DNA from: an uncultured Myxococcales bacterium
GTDB lineage: Bacteria > Myxococcota_A > Polyangia > Palsa-1104 > JAEUJZ01
Length of the DNA: 64,000 nt
Direction of reading: 5' to 3'
Assembly: GCA_964460115.1 (NCBI GenBank)
Contig: CAYWPR010000010.1
Coordinates: 55,275-119,274, forward strand
Below are positions 9,922 to 19,021 of the stretch, in pieces. The position numbers and the translations under genes were made by a program. Position 1 is the stretch's first letter. Each line of letters starts with the position of its first letter. The notes beneath the pieces were generated by a model. It saw nothing but the letters and a program-made list of their open reading frames with translations, had not been told where the DNA came from and did not search any database.

Positions 9922-10482
9922 GTGGGATACATCTTTCACCCCGAAAAAATTCACGAAATCAGCAAACGTGGCATCGGTCTGCCACATCGTCAGATGTGCC
10001 AAGCAATCGTCGATGGTCTATCGCAGGAATATCGAAATCACATCGATGAAAATCCGCGCTGGATGTTCAATATGGCGGCGGGCGCCACCGGCTGCATGGC
10101 GCTACTGCATTGCTCGCTGACCGAATACATCATGATCTTCGGTTCGGCCATCGGCACCGAAGGATATTCCGGCCGCTATCACCTGGACATCTACGATTCG
10201 GTGGTGGCCGGTGAAATGTGGACTTGTACCGAGGCCCAATTGCACGAAAAGCAGGTACATAGTCCCGGAGAGCTTGCTCACCTGCCGCGCCGCAGCACCA
10301 AAGCTTATCGCATCATCGACGGAACTTGGATGGTCGAGTATGGCCGAGGCCTGATTCCTACGGCGCTTCCAGTAGGACTGGCCGATGCGGCTTTTAGCGC
10401 CATGGATGCGCGAACCATTTGGAAAACGCTGGTCAGCTACGCCCGACTGGCGACGCGCGAACTGGCGCAGGGCAAGATTTGA
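9922..10482 (+). CDS. ERG2 / sigma-1-receptor family protein (C-8 sterol isomerase-like).
   Basis: Strong colinear similarity to human sigma-1 receptor / yeast ERG2:
- RWMFNMAAGATGCMALLHCSLTEYIMIFGSAIGTEGYSGRYH vs [42 protein letters not shown].
- TWMVEYGRGLIPTAL vs TWMVEYGRGVIPSTL.
- VSYARL vs RSYARG.
The GTG start at 9922 has a GGAG SD 5 nt upstream. The ORF-track ATG at 9790 would overlap the amidase by 95 nt. No N-terminal TM helix is present. Confidence 0.8.
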   Translation: MGYIFHPEKIHEISKRGIGLPHRQMCQAIVDGLSQEYRNHIDENPRWMFNMAAGATGCMALLHCSLTEYIMIFGSAIGTEGYSGRYHLDIYDSVVAGEMWTCTEAQLHEKQVHSPGELAHLPRRSTKAYRIIDGTWMVEYGRGLIPTALPVGLADAAFSAMDARTIWKTLVSYARLATRELAQGKI

Positions 10483-10510
10483 TGCGGAGCGGACAAAGTA
10501 GGCGTACCTG

Positions 10511-12331
10511 ATGATCATCTTGGGCCTTAACGCCTACCATGGCGATGCCAGCGCGGCCTTGCTAGTCAATGGCGATTTGGTCGGAGCCGTCGAAGAAGAA
10601 CGCCTGAACCGGCAAAAACACTGCGCCGGCTTTCCCAAGTTGGCAGTGGCAAGCTGTTTGTCGCTAGCACCGGCCGAAATTTCGGCGCAGGACATCGATC
10701 ACGTCGCAATCTCACGCGATCCGCGGGCCCAGATTTTGCGCAAAGCCGCTTATCTAAGCGGTCAAGCATTGCACTTGGTCCTTTCGCCTGCTGCGCAAAG
10801 CCACCGCGCGAATTTTTTGGCAACGCTGCGCCAGCGTCTTTCCAATCGCCAGCGCTTGCACAAGCTGCACAACGTTCTGGCGGCGGCGCTTAGCGTTTCT
10901 CCGCAGCATCTGCGCGCCAAATTTCATGCCGTCGAGCATCATCGCGCCCATCTTGGCAGTGCATTTTTCGCTTCGGAATTTTCCGAAGCGGCGGTGCTGT
11001 CTCTGGATGGCTTTGGCGATTTTGTATCGACGATGTGGGGCATCGGCCGCGATAGGCACATCGATGTGCTGGGCGAGGTTTGCTTTCCTCATTCCCTGGG
11101 CGTGCTTTATACCGCTGTCTGCCAGTGGCTCGGTTTTGCCAAGTATGGCGATGAAGGCAAGGTCATGGGACTGTCGGCCTATGGCCGTCCGCGTCATCTT
11201 GAAAGGATGCGGGCGCTTTTGCAGCTAGGCGACTCGGATACCGGCCATTTCGCGCTGAATTTGCGCTACTTTCGCCATCATCGCGCAGGCGTGGACATGA
11301 GCTTTTTGGACGGAACGCCCAGCCTTGGCAAGCTGTATGCGCCAGCGCTCTGCGAACTTTTGGGCGCGCCCCGTCCGCCCGGACCCGACATCGAAAAAGA
11401 GGAGTATTTCTGCGATGTGGCGGCCAGTCTGCAAGCCTTGCTGGAAGAGGCAGTCCTGCACATCTGCAAAGCGCTGTACCGGCGAACCGGACTGCGCCGT
11501 CTGTGTCTGGCCGGCGGAGTCGCTTTAAACTGCGTGGCCAACGGACGAATTCTTGATGAAAGCGGATTTCGCGAGCTCTTTATTCAACCAGCAGCCGGCG
11601 ACAATGGCACGGCGCTCGGCGCAGCGCTGTGGGTCGAGCATCAGATTCTTGGCCGACCGCGCCGCTTTGTCATGCGACATGCCTACACCGGCCCGCAATT
11701 TGATGAAGCTGCCTGCCGCGCCGCGGTGAAACAATTTCGCAAAGATTTTTCGTGCGACTGGCCTCTCGAACGACTCAGCGAATTCGAACGCGTCGAGCGC
11801 GCCGCCAGCGCCATCGCCGATGGCGCCGTGCTCGGCTGGTATCAGGGGCGCATGGAATTTGGTCCGCGGGCGCTAGGACATCGCAGCATTTTGTGCGATC
11901 CGCGCAATCCGCAAATCAAAGAAGTACTCAACCGTCGCATCAAGCATCGCGAGCCATTTCGCCCATTTGCTCCCTCGGTGCTTGCCGACCAAGCGGCGGA
12001 CTGGTTCGAGCGCGGCGCTCCCTCGCCAGCTATGTTGCTAGTGGACCGCGTGCGCCAAGAACGGTGGGCCCTTGTGCCGGCGGTGACCCATCAAGATGGA
12101 ACCGCGCGGCTTCAGACTGTATCCGCCGAATCTAGCCCGCTTTATTACGCGCTGCTGCAAGCTTTTTGGCGCCGCACCGGAGTGCCCATGCTGCTAAACA
12201 CGTCCTTTAACGAGCACGAACCCATCGTCTGTACCCCCGCCGAGGCGCTGCACTGCTTTGCCAAAACCCACATGGACGTGCTGGTTCTAGGTCCGTTTTA
12301 TATCGAACGCCCCGGCTGGCATCCGCAATGA
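10511..12331 (+). CDS. Carbamoyltransferase (NodU/CmcH/TobZ family).
   Basis: N-terminal MIILGLNAYHGDASAALLVNGDLVGAVEEERLNRQKH (Kae1/YgjD-like carbamoyltransferase N-domain), size 606 aa, and the C-terminal YrdC-like carbamoyl-adenylate domain. Confidence 0.9.
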   Translation: MIILGLNAYHGDASAALLVNGDLVGAVEEERLNRQKHCAGFPKLAVASCLSLAPAEISAQDIDHVAISRDPRAQILRKAAYLSGQALHLVLSPAAQSHRANFLATLRQRLSNRQRLHKLHNVLAAALSVSPQHLRAKFHAVEHHRAHLGSAFFASEFSEAAVLSLDGFGDFVSTMWGIGRDRHIDVLGEVCFPHSLGVLYTAVCQWLGFAKYGDEGKVMGLSAYGRPRHLERMRALLQLGDSDTGHFALNLRYFRHHRAGVDMSFLDGTPSLGKLYAPALCELLGAPRPPGPDIEKEEYFCDVAASLQALLEEAVLHICKALYRRTGLRRLCLAGGVALNCVANGRILDESGFRELFIQPAAGDNGTALGAALWVEHQILGRPRRFVMRHAYTGPQFDEAACRAAVKQFRKDFSCDWPLERLSEFERVERAASAIADGAVLGWYQGRMEFGPRALGHRSILCDPRNPQIKEVLNRRIKHREPFRPFAPSVLADQAADWFERGAPSPAMLLVDRVRQERWALVPAVTHQDGTARLQTVSAESSPLYYALLQAFWRRTGVPMLLNTSFNEHEPIVCTPAEALHCFAKTHMDVLVLGPFYIERPGWHPQ

Positions 12332-12335
12332 AGGC

Positions 12336-13244
12336 TTAGGGTTTGGAAGCGGACGGGACCAAAGTCGCGTCCGCATGCAAAGTTCGCGCTTCTTCGGCTT
12401 TGCTGAAACGCTTGGCCTCTTCCCAGTAAACATTCATTTGTTCAAGCGTCAGATTTTTCAACTCGTGCCCGTCGCGGCGGGCACTGCTCTCGACAGAGCC
12501 AAAACGGCGACAAAAACGCTGGTTGGCGGCGCGCAAAGCTTCCTCGGGCCCAATGCCGAGCTTGGCCCCGAGCCGAGTCAGCGTAAATAGCAGATCGCCC
12601 AGCTCATGCACCATTGCCGAGCGGTCTCCTTGCGCAATGGCTTCATCGAGTTCGGCCAATTCCTCGTCGACTTTTTCGCGAACTCCACCCAGTTTGGGCC
12701 AGTCAAAGCCCACCGCCGCGGCTTTTTCGCCCAGTCGCTGCGCGCGCAAAAGCGCCGGCAAGGCCTGCGGCACGCCATCCACCGCGCTGCCCTGCTTGCC
12801 AGCGGCTTTTTTCTCTTCCTGTTTCAGCCGCTGCCAGGCCACAAGCTGCTCTGCCGAGTCCTTGATGATTGCATCGCCGAATATGTGCGGATGTCGACGC
12901 ACCATCTTTTCGACCAAGGTTTTGCAGACATCGTCAATGTTGAAGTCTCCTTGGCGCTCACGCAGGCCCGCTTGAAAAACCACTTGAAACAGCAGATCAC
13001 CAAGCTCCTCGCGATGACCCGCAACATTTCCTTCTTCGAGTGCCTCTAGAACCTCATAGGCTTCTTCGATGAGGTAGGGCCGCAGCGATTCCAGGGTCTG
13101 CTCGCGATCCCAAGGGCAACCGTTTTCTGCCAGCAAGCGATTTAGCAGGGCAACTACCTCGCCAAAGCGATCGCCGCCGCCGGGCAGCAACGAAACAGAT
13201 GTAGCGTTCGCGGCGGACGCCGCAGTTTCACGGGTCGTGGTCAT
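12336..13244 (-). CDS. mazG: Nucleoside triphosphate pyrophosphohydrolase MazG (tandem MazG domains).
   Basis: Two EExxE-containing MazG repeats (LIEEAYEVLEALEEGN and VDEELAELDEAIAQGD) plus the CPWDREQT motif. The start is set at the internal ATG (cat at 13242-13244). Confidence 0.85.
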   Translation of the reverse strand: MTTTRETAASAANATSVSLLPGGGDRFGEVVALLNRLLAENGCPWDREQTLESLRPYLIEEAYEVLEALEEGNVAGHREELGDLLFQVVFQAGLRERQGDFNIDDVCKTLVEKMVRRHPHIFGDAIIKDSAEQLVAWQRLKQEEKKAAGKQGSAVDGVPQALPALLRAQRLGEKAAAVGFDWPKLGGVREKVDEELAELDEAIAQGDRSAMVHELGDLLFTLTRLGAKLGIGPEEALRAANQRFCRRFGSVESSARRDGHELKNLTLEQMNVYWEEAKRFSKAEEARTLHADATLVPSASKP

Positions 13245-13336
13245 TCGACAAGTCCGTTTTAGAGGTTGCGCGGACAATAGTCGTCCGCCGCTGTGCTGGC
13301 AAGTTCGGACATACAAGACTTGGTGAGGATGCCTGA

Positions 13337-15739
13337 ATGGGGCTACCATGGAAACAACCTATGAATTTCTCCCGGCGTGCCTTGTTGGCACTGGCGCCCT
13401 TGTGCCTTGTCGCGGCCTGCGCCGCTCCAGTGCGCGTCGCAGAAAAGCCGCCCTCGACAGCTTTCGTACCGACCGGCGCGGCGCCCCCCGGCAATGCGGC
13501 AGCCGTCCCCCCCGGCAATCTTTCAGCCATCAAAGGCGACGAAGACGCCGAGCGCATGCGCCAAACGCTGGACGCGCTTTTCGAAAACGATCCCGCACGT
13601 CCCGCCCTATTTCGCGCCCTGCTCGATTACTACGTCGAGCAGGCCAAGGTCGCCCTTTTGCGCAAACAAAGCGAAGAAGCCTATCAAAGCTTTGAAACCG
13701 CTTTGACGCTTTTTGCCGTCTCTGATCTGCAAAATCTGCCGCCGCCGCCAGTCGCACCGGATCTTTTAACCGTCGCGCGGCAGCTCGATCGTATCTATAG
13801 CCGCCGCGGCGCCCATCCGCAGGTCATCACCGCGATGATGGTGCAAATGACGCTGCAACCAAGCGACCCGGAACTGCAGCGCCGCTACGCCGAAATCAGC
13901 GCCTGGCTAAATAGCCAAAACGAGGGCCTGCCCAGTCTGATGCGCGGCCGAGGCGGGACCTTGTCCAATTTGCTTGCGGCACCACCGCCAACGCTGCAAT
14001 TCGATTTGGAACAGACCTACAAAGTCTGGCCGGTGCCCAAGATTCGCGACGAGCTTGTGGCCATCTATCGCGCCGATGCCGCCGGCAGCATGACGGGCGG
14101 CAAAAAATCCTCCAAGGATTTTTTGCAGTCTTTGTCTGCGAGCCTGCGCCGCAAAGGCTTGACCAATGGACCGGCATTTAAGATTGCGCGGCTCTACCTG
14201 CGCGTATCTAAGCCCCAGGAAGCCGTGGCCGCCATCAAGCAACTGGCGCGCTTGTCGGCCGAAGATGCCAAGCTTTTGGCGCTTTTGGAAGAAACGCTCG
14301 GCCGGCCGGCCGGCCCCGGCGAAACCGAAGAAAGACTGGTTCCGGCAATCAAACTGGCCATGTCGATGGCGCAAAATCCTGAAGATATCGAAGTCAGCTT
14401 GCAAATTTGCCAGGACATTGCGCGGCGTGCGCCGAATCTGCCGAGCGCCCATACCTGCGTTGGCGAGTTGGCGCTGGTGATGGAAAAAAAAGGGCTGGCG
14501 CTTACTGCCTTTGAACGCGTGCGCGCACTTCTGCCCGGCGAACGCGGCGTATGGGACATGGTCGGCCGCCTTTACGTGGACAAACTCAGCGACTTGGTCA
14601 TCGATGAACGTACTGCCTATTTGGAAGACGCGCTCAAACAGGTTGAAGCGTTTTACCAAAGCATGCGCAAACAGTTTCCGCAGAATCCGCCTACAGCCGG
14701 AATCGCGGTTGCCCTGGCCGAGGTAGGTCGCGGCTATTACAACGCCGGGCGCATTGCGGATGCGCTGCGATATCTTGAGCGTTCGATTGCCGTGGAACCA
14801 AATGCCCTGGCGCTTGAGCAACTGGGAATCTTGCTATTGCGCCGCGGCGAATACGAACGGGCGGCGCAAACGCTCGAGCGAGCACGCGCGGTGTTTACGG
14901 CCAATCAGCAGGCCGATCCAAGCGCTCGGATGCTCTTTTTCGCCCGCATGGGCCGATTGGTGGCGGAAGCGCTAGAGATGCATCCGCAGCTTGCAGTGAA
15001 GCGCCAAGCGGCTGAAGTACGCGAGCGGACGCTGCGCCAGTTTGAGCAACTTTTGGATAGCAACCGACTAAGCAGCAGCCGCGCTGGAGAGGCGGAAATC
15101 GAACGCGGCAAGCTGCTTTACGAAAATGGGCAACGTGAACAGGCGCTAGAAGCCTTTCGCCGTGCTGCCGACGCCACGGGGGCTGATGAACCGCAAGGCC
15201 GCAGCCAGGGACAGCCCTACGTCGATATGATGGCGTTTTTGATACCTCGCGGTGAAATCGAAGAATCGGTCAGCATGTACCATCGCGCTTTGGGACGAGT
15301 ACGCCTGTCCGAAGCCATGAAGGTCTACACGTCGCTATGGGTCAGCGACATTTTGGCCCGCGCCGGCCAACCCGCCGATCCGTTGACGGAAGCGGTCTTT
15401 GCCGCGGTGCAAGGCGGCAAATGGCCCACGGACCTGGCGCGTTGGGCAAACGGCAGGCTCAGCGAATCCGAACTTTTGATCCGTGCCGATACGCCTGGCA
15501 AACAGGCAGAAGCCAATTTTTATCTGGGAATGGCGCATCTGCGGGCTGGAGAGCGACCACAAGCGGAAGCCTGCTGGCGCAAGGTTCTGGAGACGCAGAT
15601 GTTCGGGTACTTCGAATACGAAATGGCCAGCCTCTATTTGCGGCAAAAAGGCGCACCCACCGCGCCGGTCCCGGCAGTGACTGTACCCGCTTCGACGCGC
15701 GCCACTCCTTCCGTGCGAACTCCAGCCGGAAGCATTTAG
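13337..15739 (+). CDS. Large TPR-repeat lipoprotein (function unknown).
   Basis: Signal peptide with a lipobox (LAPLCLVAAC), a GAGGA SD 7 nt upstream of the ATG, and multiple TPR-like helical repeats over 800 aa. Confidence 0.7.
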   Translation: MGLPWKQPMNFSRRALLALAPLCLVAACAAPVRVAEKPPSTAFVPTGAAPPGNAAAVPPGNLSAIKGDEDAERMRQTLDALFENDPARPALFRALLDYYVEQAKVALLRKQSEEAYQSFETALTLFAVSDLQNLPPPPVAPDLLTVARQLDRIYSRRGAHPQVITAMMVQMTLQPSDPELQRRYAEISAWLNSQNEGLPSLMRGRGGTLSNLLAAPPPTLQFDLEQTYKVWPVPKIRDELVAIYRADAAGSMTGGKKSSKDFLQSLSASLRRKGLTNGPAFKIARLYLRVSKPQEAVAAIKQLARLSAEDAKLLALLEETLGRPAGPGETEERLVPAIKLAMSMAQNPEDIEVSLQICQDIARRAPNLPSAHTCVGELALVMEKKGLALTAFERVRALLPGERGVWDMVGRLYVDKLSDLVIDERTAYLEDALKQVEAFYQSMRKQFPQNPPTAGIAVALAEVGRGYYNAGRIADALRYLERSIAVEPNALALEQLGILLLRRGEYERAAQTLERARAVFTANQQADPSARMLFFARMGRLVAEALEMHPQLAVKRQAAEVRERTLRQFEQLLDSNRLSSSRAGEAEIERGKLLYENGQREQALEAFRRAADATGADEPQGRSQGQPYVDMMAFLIPRGEIEESVSMYHRALGRVRLSEAMKVYTSLWVSDILARAGQPADPLTEAVFAAVQGGKWPTDLARWANGRLSESELLIRADTPGKQAEANFYLGMAHLRAGERPQAEACWRKVLETQMFGYFEYEMASLYLRQKGAPTAPVPAVTVPASTRATPSVRTPAGSI

Positions 15740-15756
15740 CGCAAACAGCCGCCCGC

Positions 15757-16485
15757 TCAAACAGTCGTCAGCGCAAACAATTCGACATCTACGCCGGGGC
15801 TGAAGTAGTCCGCGGTGCGCTGCTCGCCGTGTGCAATCTGTGCAGCAGATAGCAGCGTCTCTTCTATTTGGTGAACGCGCGCTTTGTGCAAAGGATAGGG
15901 CCGGTGATGAACCTGGCCGCGAAACAAACGACCGCTGGCGCTAGTCGCATACAGAAAATAGCGCTCGGCCAGAAAAAACTGCAAAGTTCCTACCTGGCTG
16001 GACGGCAGCACCTCTTCTACGGTGTACTGCAGATTCAAGCGTGCCTCGCCGCTGTGGCGCCGGCTTTGATAGTGCACCGTAGAACCATCGACGCGCAGGT
16101 CCATCGTCGCGTAGTGGTAGGGCAGATGGAAAAACGTTCGCGCGGCGTACACCGCCAGCCGATTGGCGGCATCGAGGCTGAAAAACCAGACGCCGGGATT
16201 GCCGCCTTCGTGCAAAACATAGGTGCGAACGTTGGTTTCGTGAAAATTGGCGGTTCCCGGAATCGCCGGCAGAAACCGAAACGGACGCACATTTTGCATC
16301 GTAAACGGAACCAGTCCGACGTAAGCGCGCCCCTCATAAGTATCAATGTCTAGCGATTTGGGAACAAGGGAGCGCAAAAGTGCAACCGGCACTTCCCAAT
16401 GCAAAAATAGCAAGCTGCGCCATTGCTGGTAGCCTTGCGGTGGACCAGCCGGGCGCTTTGTCGGTGTGATTCGATCAATGGTCAT
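15757..16485 (-). CDS. DUF2071 family protein (hypothetical).
   Basis: The WRSLLFLHWEVP ... YVGLVPFTMQNVRP pattern is typical of the DUF2071/COG3361 family. Confidence 0.6.
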   Translation of the reverse strand: MTIDRITPTKRPAGPPQGYQQWRSLLFLHWEVPVALLRSLVPKSLDIDTYEGRAYVGLVPFTMQNVRPFRFLPAIPGTANFHETNVRTYVLHEGGNPGVWFFSLDAANRLAVYAARTFFHLPYHYATMDLRVDGSTVHYQSRRHSGEARLNLQYTVEEVLPSSQVGTLQFFLAERYFLYATSASGRLFRGQVHHRPYPLHKARVHQIEETLLSAAQIAHGEQRTADYFSPGVDVELFALTTV

Positions 16486-16535
16486 GACGGCAATTCCTAT
16501 ATCGGATTCGAAACAGTGCCGAAATTGTCGAAAGC

Positions 16536-17153
16536 TTAGTTTCCTTCTTTTAGGCGCGAGCGAATTTTTTCAAGCAGCTTGTCGTAGCTTTGCTCGGTGA
16601 TGATCTTGTGAAACTGCGTCTTGTAGTTACGCACCAGGCTGACTTCGTCGGTGATGATGTCCCAAACCATCCACGTCCCGCCGACTTTGTGCATTTTGTA
16701 CTCGATTTCAGCGTCGGTGGTTTTGCCTTGGGTTTTGACTTTGACGATGGTTTTGACGCGCGCTTTGTCGGCCGTTATCTGCTCGTCCGAATAGGACACT
16801 TGATAATCCAGACTGTTTTTGATCTGTTTGACGTAGTTTTTTTCGAGCATTTCACGAAAGGCAGCGACAAATTCTTCGCGCTGCTTGGGCAGAAGCGGAT
16901 TCCAGTGATCAGCCAACGAAAGCTTGGCCAGTTCCTGATAGTCCAGAATCTCGCCGGCAAGCTGCTTGATTTGATCCTTTTGCTTCTTTTCTTCAGGTGA
17001 GTCCTTGGCCGGATTTTGCCGCAGCAAACGTTCTACTTGCTCGTTGCGCTGCTTCAAAAGATCCGTAGGACGCGTGTCCGAAGCCCCGAGCGCCAGCATC
17101 GGCACTAGCAGCGCAAAAAGGTATATCGAAAGTTGTCGCAGAACCATGATCAT
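16536..17153 (-). CDS. MlaC/Ttg2D-like periplasmic phospholipid-binding protein.
   Basis: Signal peptide (MIMVLRQLSIYLFALLVPMLALGAS), a Tgt2/MlaC family core and the C-terminal signature KVGGTWMVWDIITDEVSLVRNYKTQF. Its ATG overlaps the stop of the upstream TolC-like gene as ATGA (17150-17153). Confidence 0.75.
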   Translation of the reverse strand: MIMVLRQLSIYLFALLVPMLALGASDTRPTDLLKQRNEQVERLLRQNPAKDSPEEKKQKDQIKQLAGEILDYQELAKLSLADHWNPLLPKQREEFVAAFREMLEKNYVKQIKNSLDYQVSYSDEQITADKARVKTIVKVKTQGKTTDAEIEYKMHKVGGTWMVWDIITDEVSLVRNYKTQFHKIITEQSYDKLLEKIRSRLKEGN

Positions 17154-18520
17154 TCCATTCCGGTTGTGCGCTTCAGCCACGCCAGCGTCAGGTTCGTATC
17201 CATGATGGCTTGCAGATGGCGGATGCGGAAGTCAAAGTAGGTGCGCGCGGCGTCGGTCAGCTCGCGCGCGTCAGTAGATACGGTAAGTCCCTGGGACATG
17301 TTATGGCCGACGATCACGTACCAGCCGCGGGCGACTTTTTCGGCATGCGAAAGCTTGGATTCACGGGTGCGCGCTTCATCGTAGTTGGCATAGGCCGAAG
17401 CCACTTCCACCGCGATGCCGCCAAGCGCTTGACGCCGGCGCTCTTCAGCAACTCGGGCTTCGGCGTCCGCTTGCATATAGCGCGCGCCGCGCACGCCAAA
17501 GTCGAGCGGCTGATTGAGCACCAGCATCGGCACGGGAATGCCGCTTGAAAGTGGACTAAACTGTACCAGCGCCGACAACCCCCCTTCGACCGTTGCATAA
17601 TTTCGATACGAAAGCGTCAAACGAAACCCGATGGTCGGCAACAAATCGGCGATGCGCCATTTGCGAAAGGCCTTGGCCGCAACCACGCTGGCTTCAAGCA
17701 TCTTGGTTTCTGGACGGTGTCTTAGCGCCGCATCTTCAAAATATTCCAAAGATTGTTCCGCTGCCGCAGCGACCTGCAGCTCTTCATCGTCAATGTCGGC
17801 TTCTTTGTCATCCGTTAGAATCTGCAAACCGACCAGGGCCACGGTCAAACCGCGCTGTATATCGACTAGTACAAGTTCAGCGCCGTCGAGCGCCGCCTTC
17901 ATGCGCGCCAAATCCGCCTCGGTGTAATTGCCTTTGTTAGCGCCATCGAGTTCCTCGGCGATTTTATCAATCCATTCCTTCAGCTTGGTCGTGCCTTCTT
18001 CGACCACAAGCTTGGCGGCGCGTGCCCATTTCAGCCCCCAGTAGGCGCGAATGGCGTTATACACAGCATCCTGTTTTGCGGCTTCGATGCCCTGTACCGA
18101 TGCCTGAATTCCGGCTTTGGCCGCGCCGGTGGCAGCCTCGATCTTTCCGAAGGTATAGATCGGCTGCAAGATGTTCAGGTCGATGCCGTAGGAGACACCG
18201 TTGATGTGATCCTTTACCGAGCGGTGATCCTCGCTGCAATCCGCTGCTTTGCCCTCGTCGTTTTTACAGGCATCGTAGTTGCCGGTAAAAAAGGCCGAAA
18301 AGTCGCCGGTGGGCATCCAGCTATAGCGAGCTTGCTTGTATAAGGATTCGGAAGCTCGCAAAGAATGGCGCGCCGCCAGCACTCCGGGATATTCGGTCGC
18401 GACTTTGGTGCAAAGTTCGCGCAGGGTGTACTTTTTGGCATGGGCAATGCCCGACCCCGGCGAGACGAAAGACACAAACGGCCCGACGAGCAGGCCCAAA
18501 AGTAGGAAGAATCTACGCAT
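17150..18520 (-). CDS. TolC-family outer membrane efflux protein.
   Basis: Signal peptide MRRFFLLLGLLVGP and two OEP repeats with coiled-coil segments and beta-strand motifs (LLPTIGFRLTLSYRNY). The start is at the internal ATG (cat 18518-18520). Confidence 0.8.
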   Translation of the reverse strand: MRRFFLLLGLLVGPFVSFVSPGSGIAHAKKYTLRELCTKVATEYPGVLAARHSLRASESLYKQARYSWMPTGDFSAFFTGNYDACKNDEGKAADCSEDHRSVKDHINGVSYGIDLNILQPIYTFGKIEAATGAAKAGIQASVQGIEAAKQDAVYNAIRAYWGLKWARAAKLVVEEGTTKLKEWIDKIAEELDGANKGNYTEADLARMKAALDGAELVLVDIQRGLTVALVGLQILTDDKEADIDDEELQVAAAAEQSLEYFEDAALRHRPETKMLEASVVAAKAFRKWRIADLLPTIGFRLTLSYRNYATVEGGLSALVQFSPLSSGIPVPMLVLNQPLDFGVRGARYMQADAEARVAEERRRQALGGIAVEVASAYANYDEARTRESKLSHAEKVARGWYVIVGHNMSQGLTVSTDARELTDAARTYFDFRIRHLQAIMDTNLTLAWLKRTTGME

Positions 18521-18738
18521 CGGTCTAATCAAGCTAAGCAAGGCGTTTAAGTTAGTTCGGCGGACACAGTATTCGATTTTTGCGTGTGCTGCCATTTGTT
18601 CGCTGAAGTTTCCGTCGAGAAAATCGCAAAACACACGATTTAGACGGCACGAAAATGCTTTTAGCATGCAGCCCCGAGGCTTTCCAACCCTCGTTTCGCG
18701 CCTGCCGCACAATTCGCCGCTGGCGTCGGCAGATCAGC

Positions 18739-18978
18739 TTATCGAACGGGCCAGCGCAAAATGGCGCGTGCCTTGGCGAAGCGAGCGGTGATTCCTATAA
18801 GTCCCGGAAACGAAGCAATTTCCTCGAGCACTTGCAGCACTTCAGACGGCTCAAGTTCTTTTTTGCGAATTTCCAACTTGGCCGCCGCCAGGGCTAGCAC
18901 GTCTTGCGCTTTGGCTTCGCCAAGAGCGCTGAACAAGGGCACAAGCTCTGTCAGCAATATGCGCGATGGCTCCGACAC
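18739..18978 (-). CDS. Small hypothetical protein (79 aa).
   Basis: Helical, coding-like composition with GC-rich third positions. It lies between the FIST and TolC-like genes on the same strand. No homology is recognised. Confidence 0.3.
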   Translation of the reverse strand: MSEPSRILLTELVPLFSALGEAKAQDVLALAAAKLEIRKKELEPSEVLQVLEEIASFPGLIGITARFAKARAILRWPVR

Positions 18979-19021
18979 GACGGGCCTCCAGCCTAATTGG
19001 GATGCTTTTGGCAGCTCCCCT

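Noticed and set aside
13907-14821. 304-aa minus-strand ORF.
   Set aside because: Antisense to the TPR lipoprotein CDS. Its Arg/Gln/Phe-rich composition is that of a shadow ORF.
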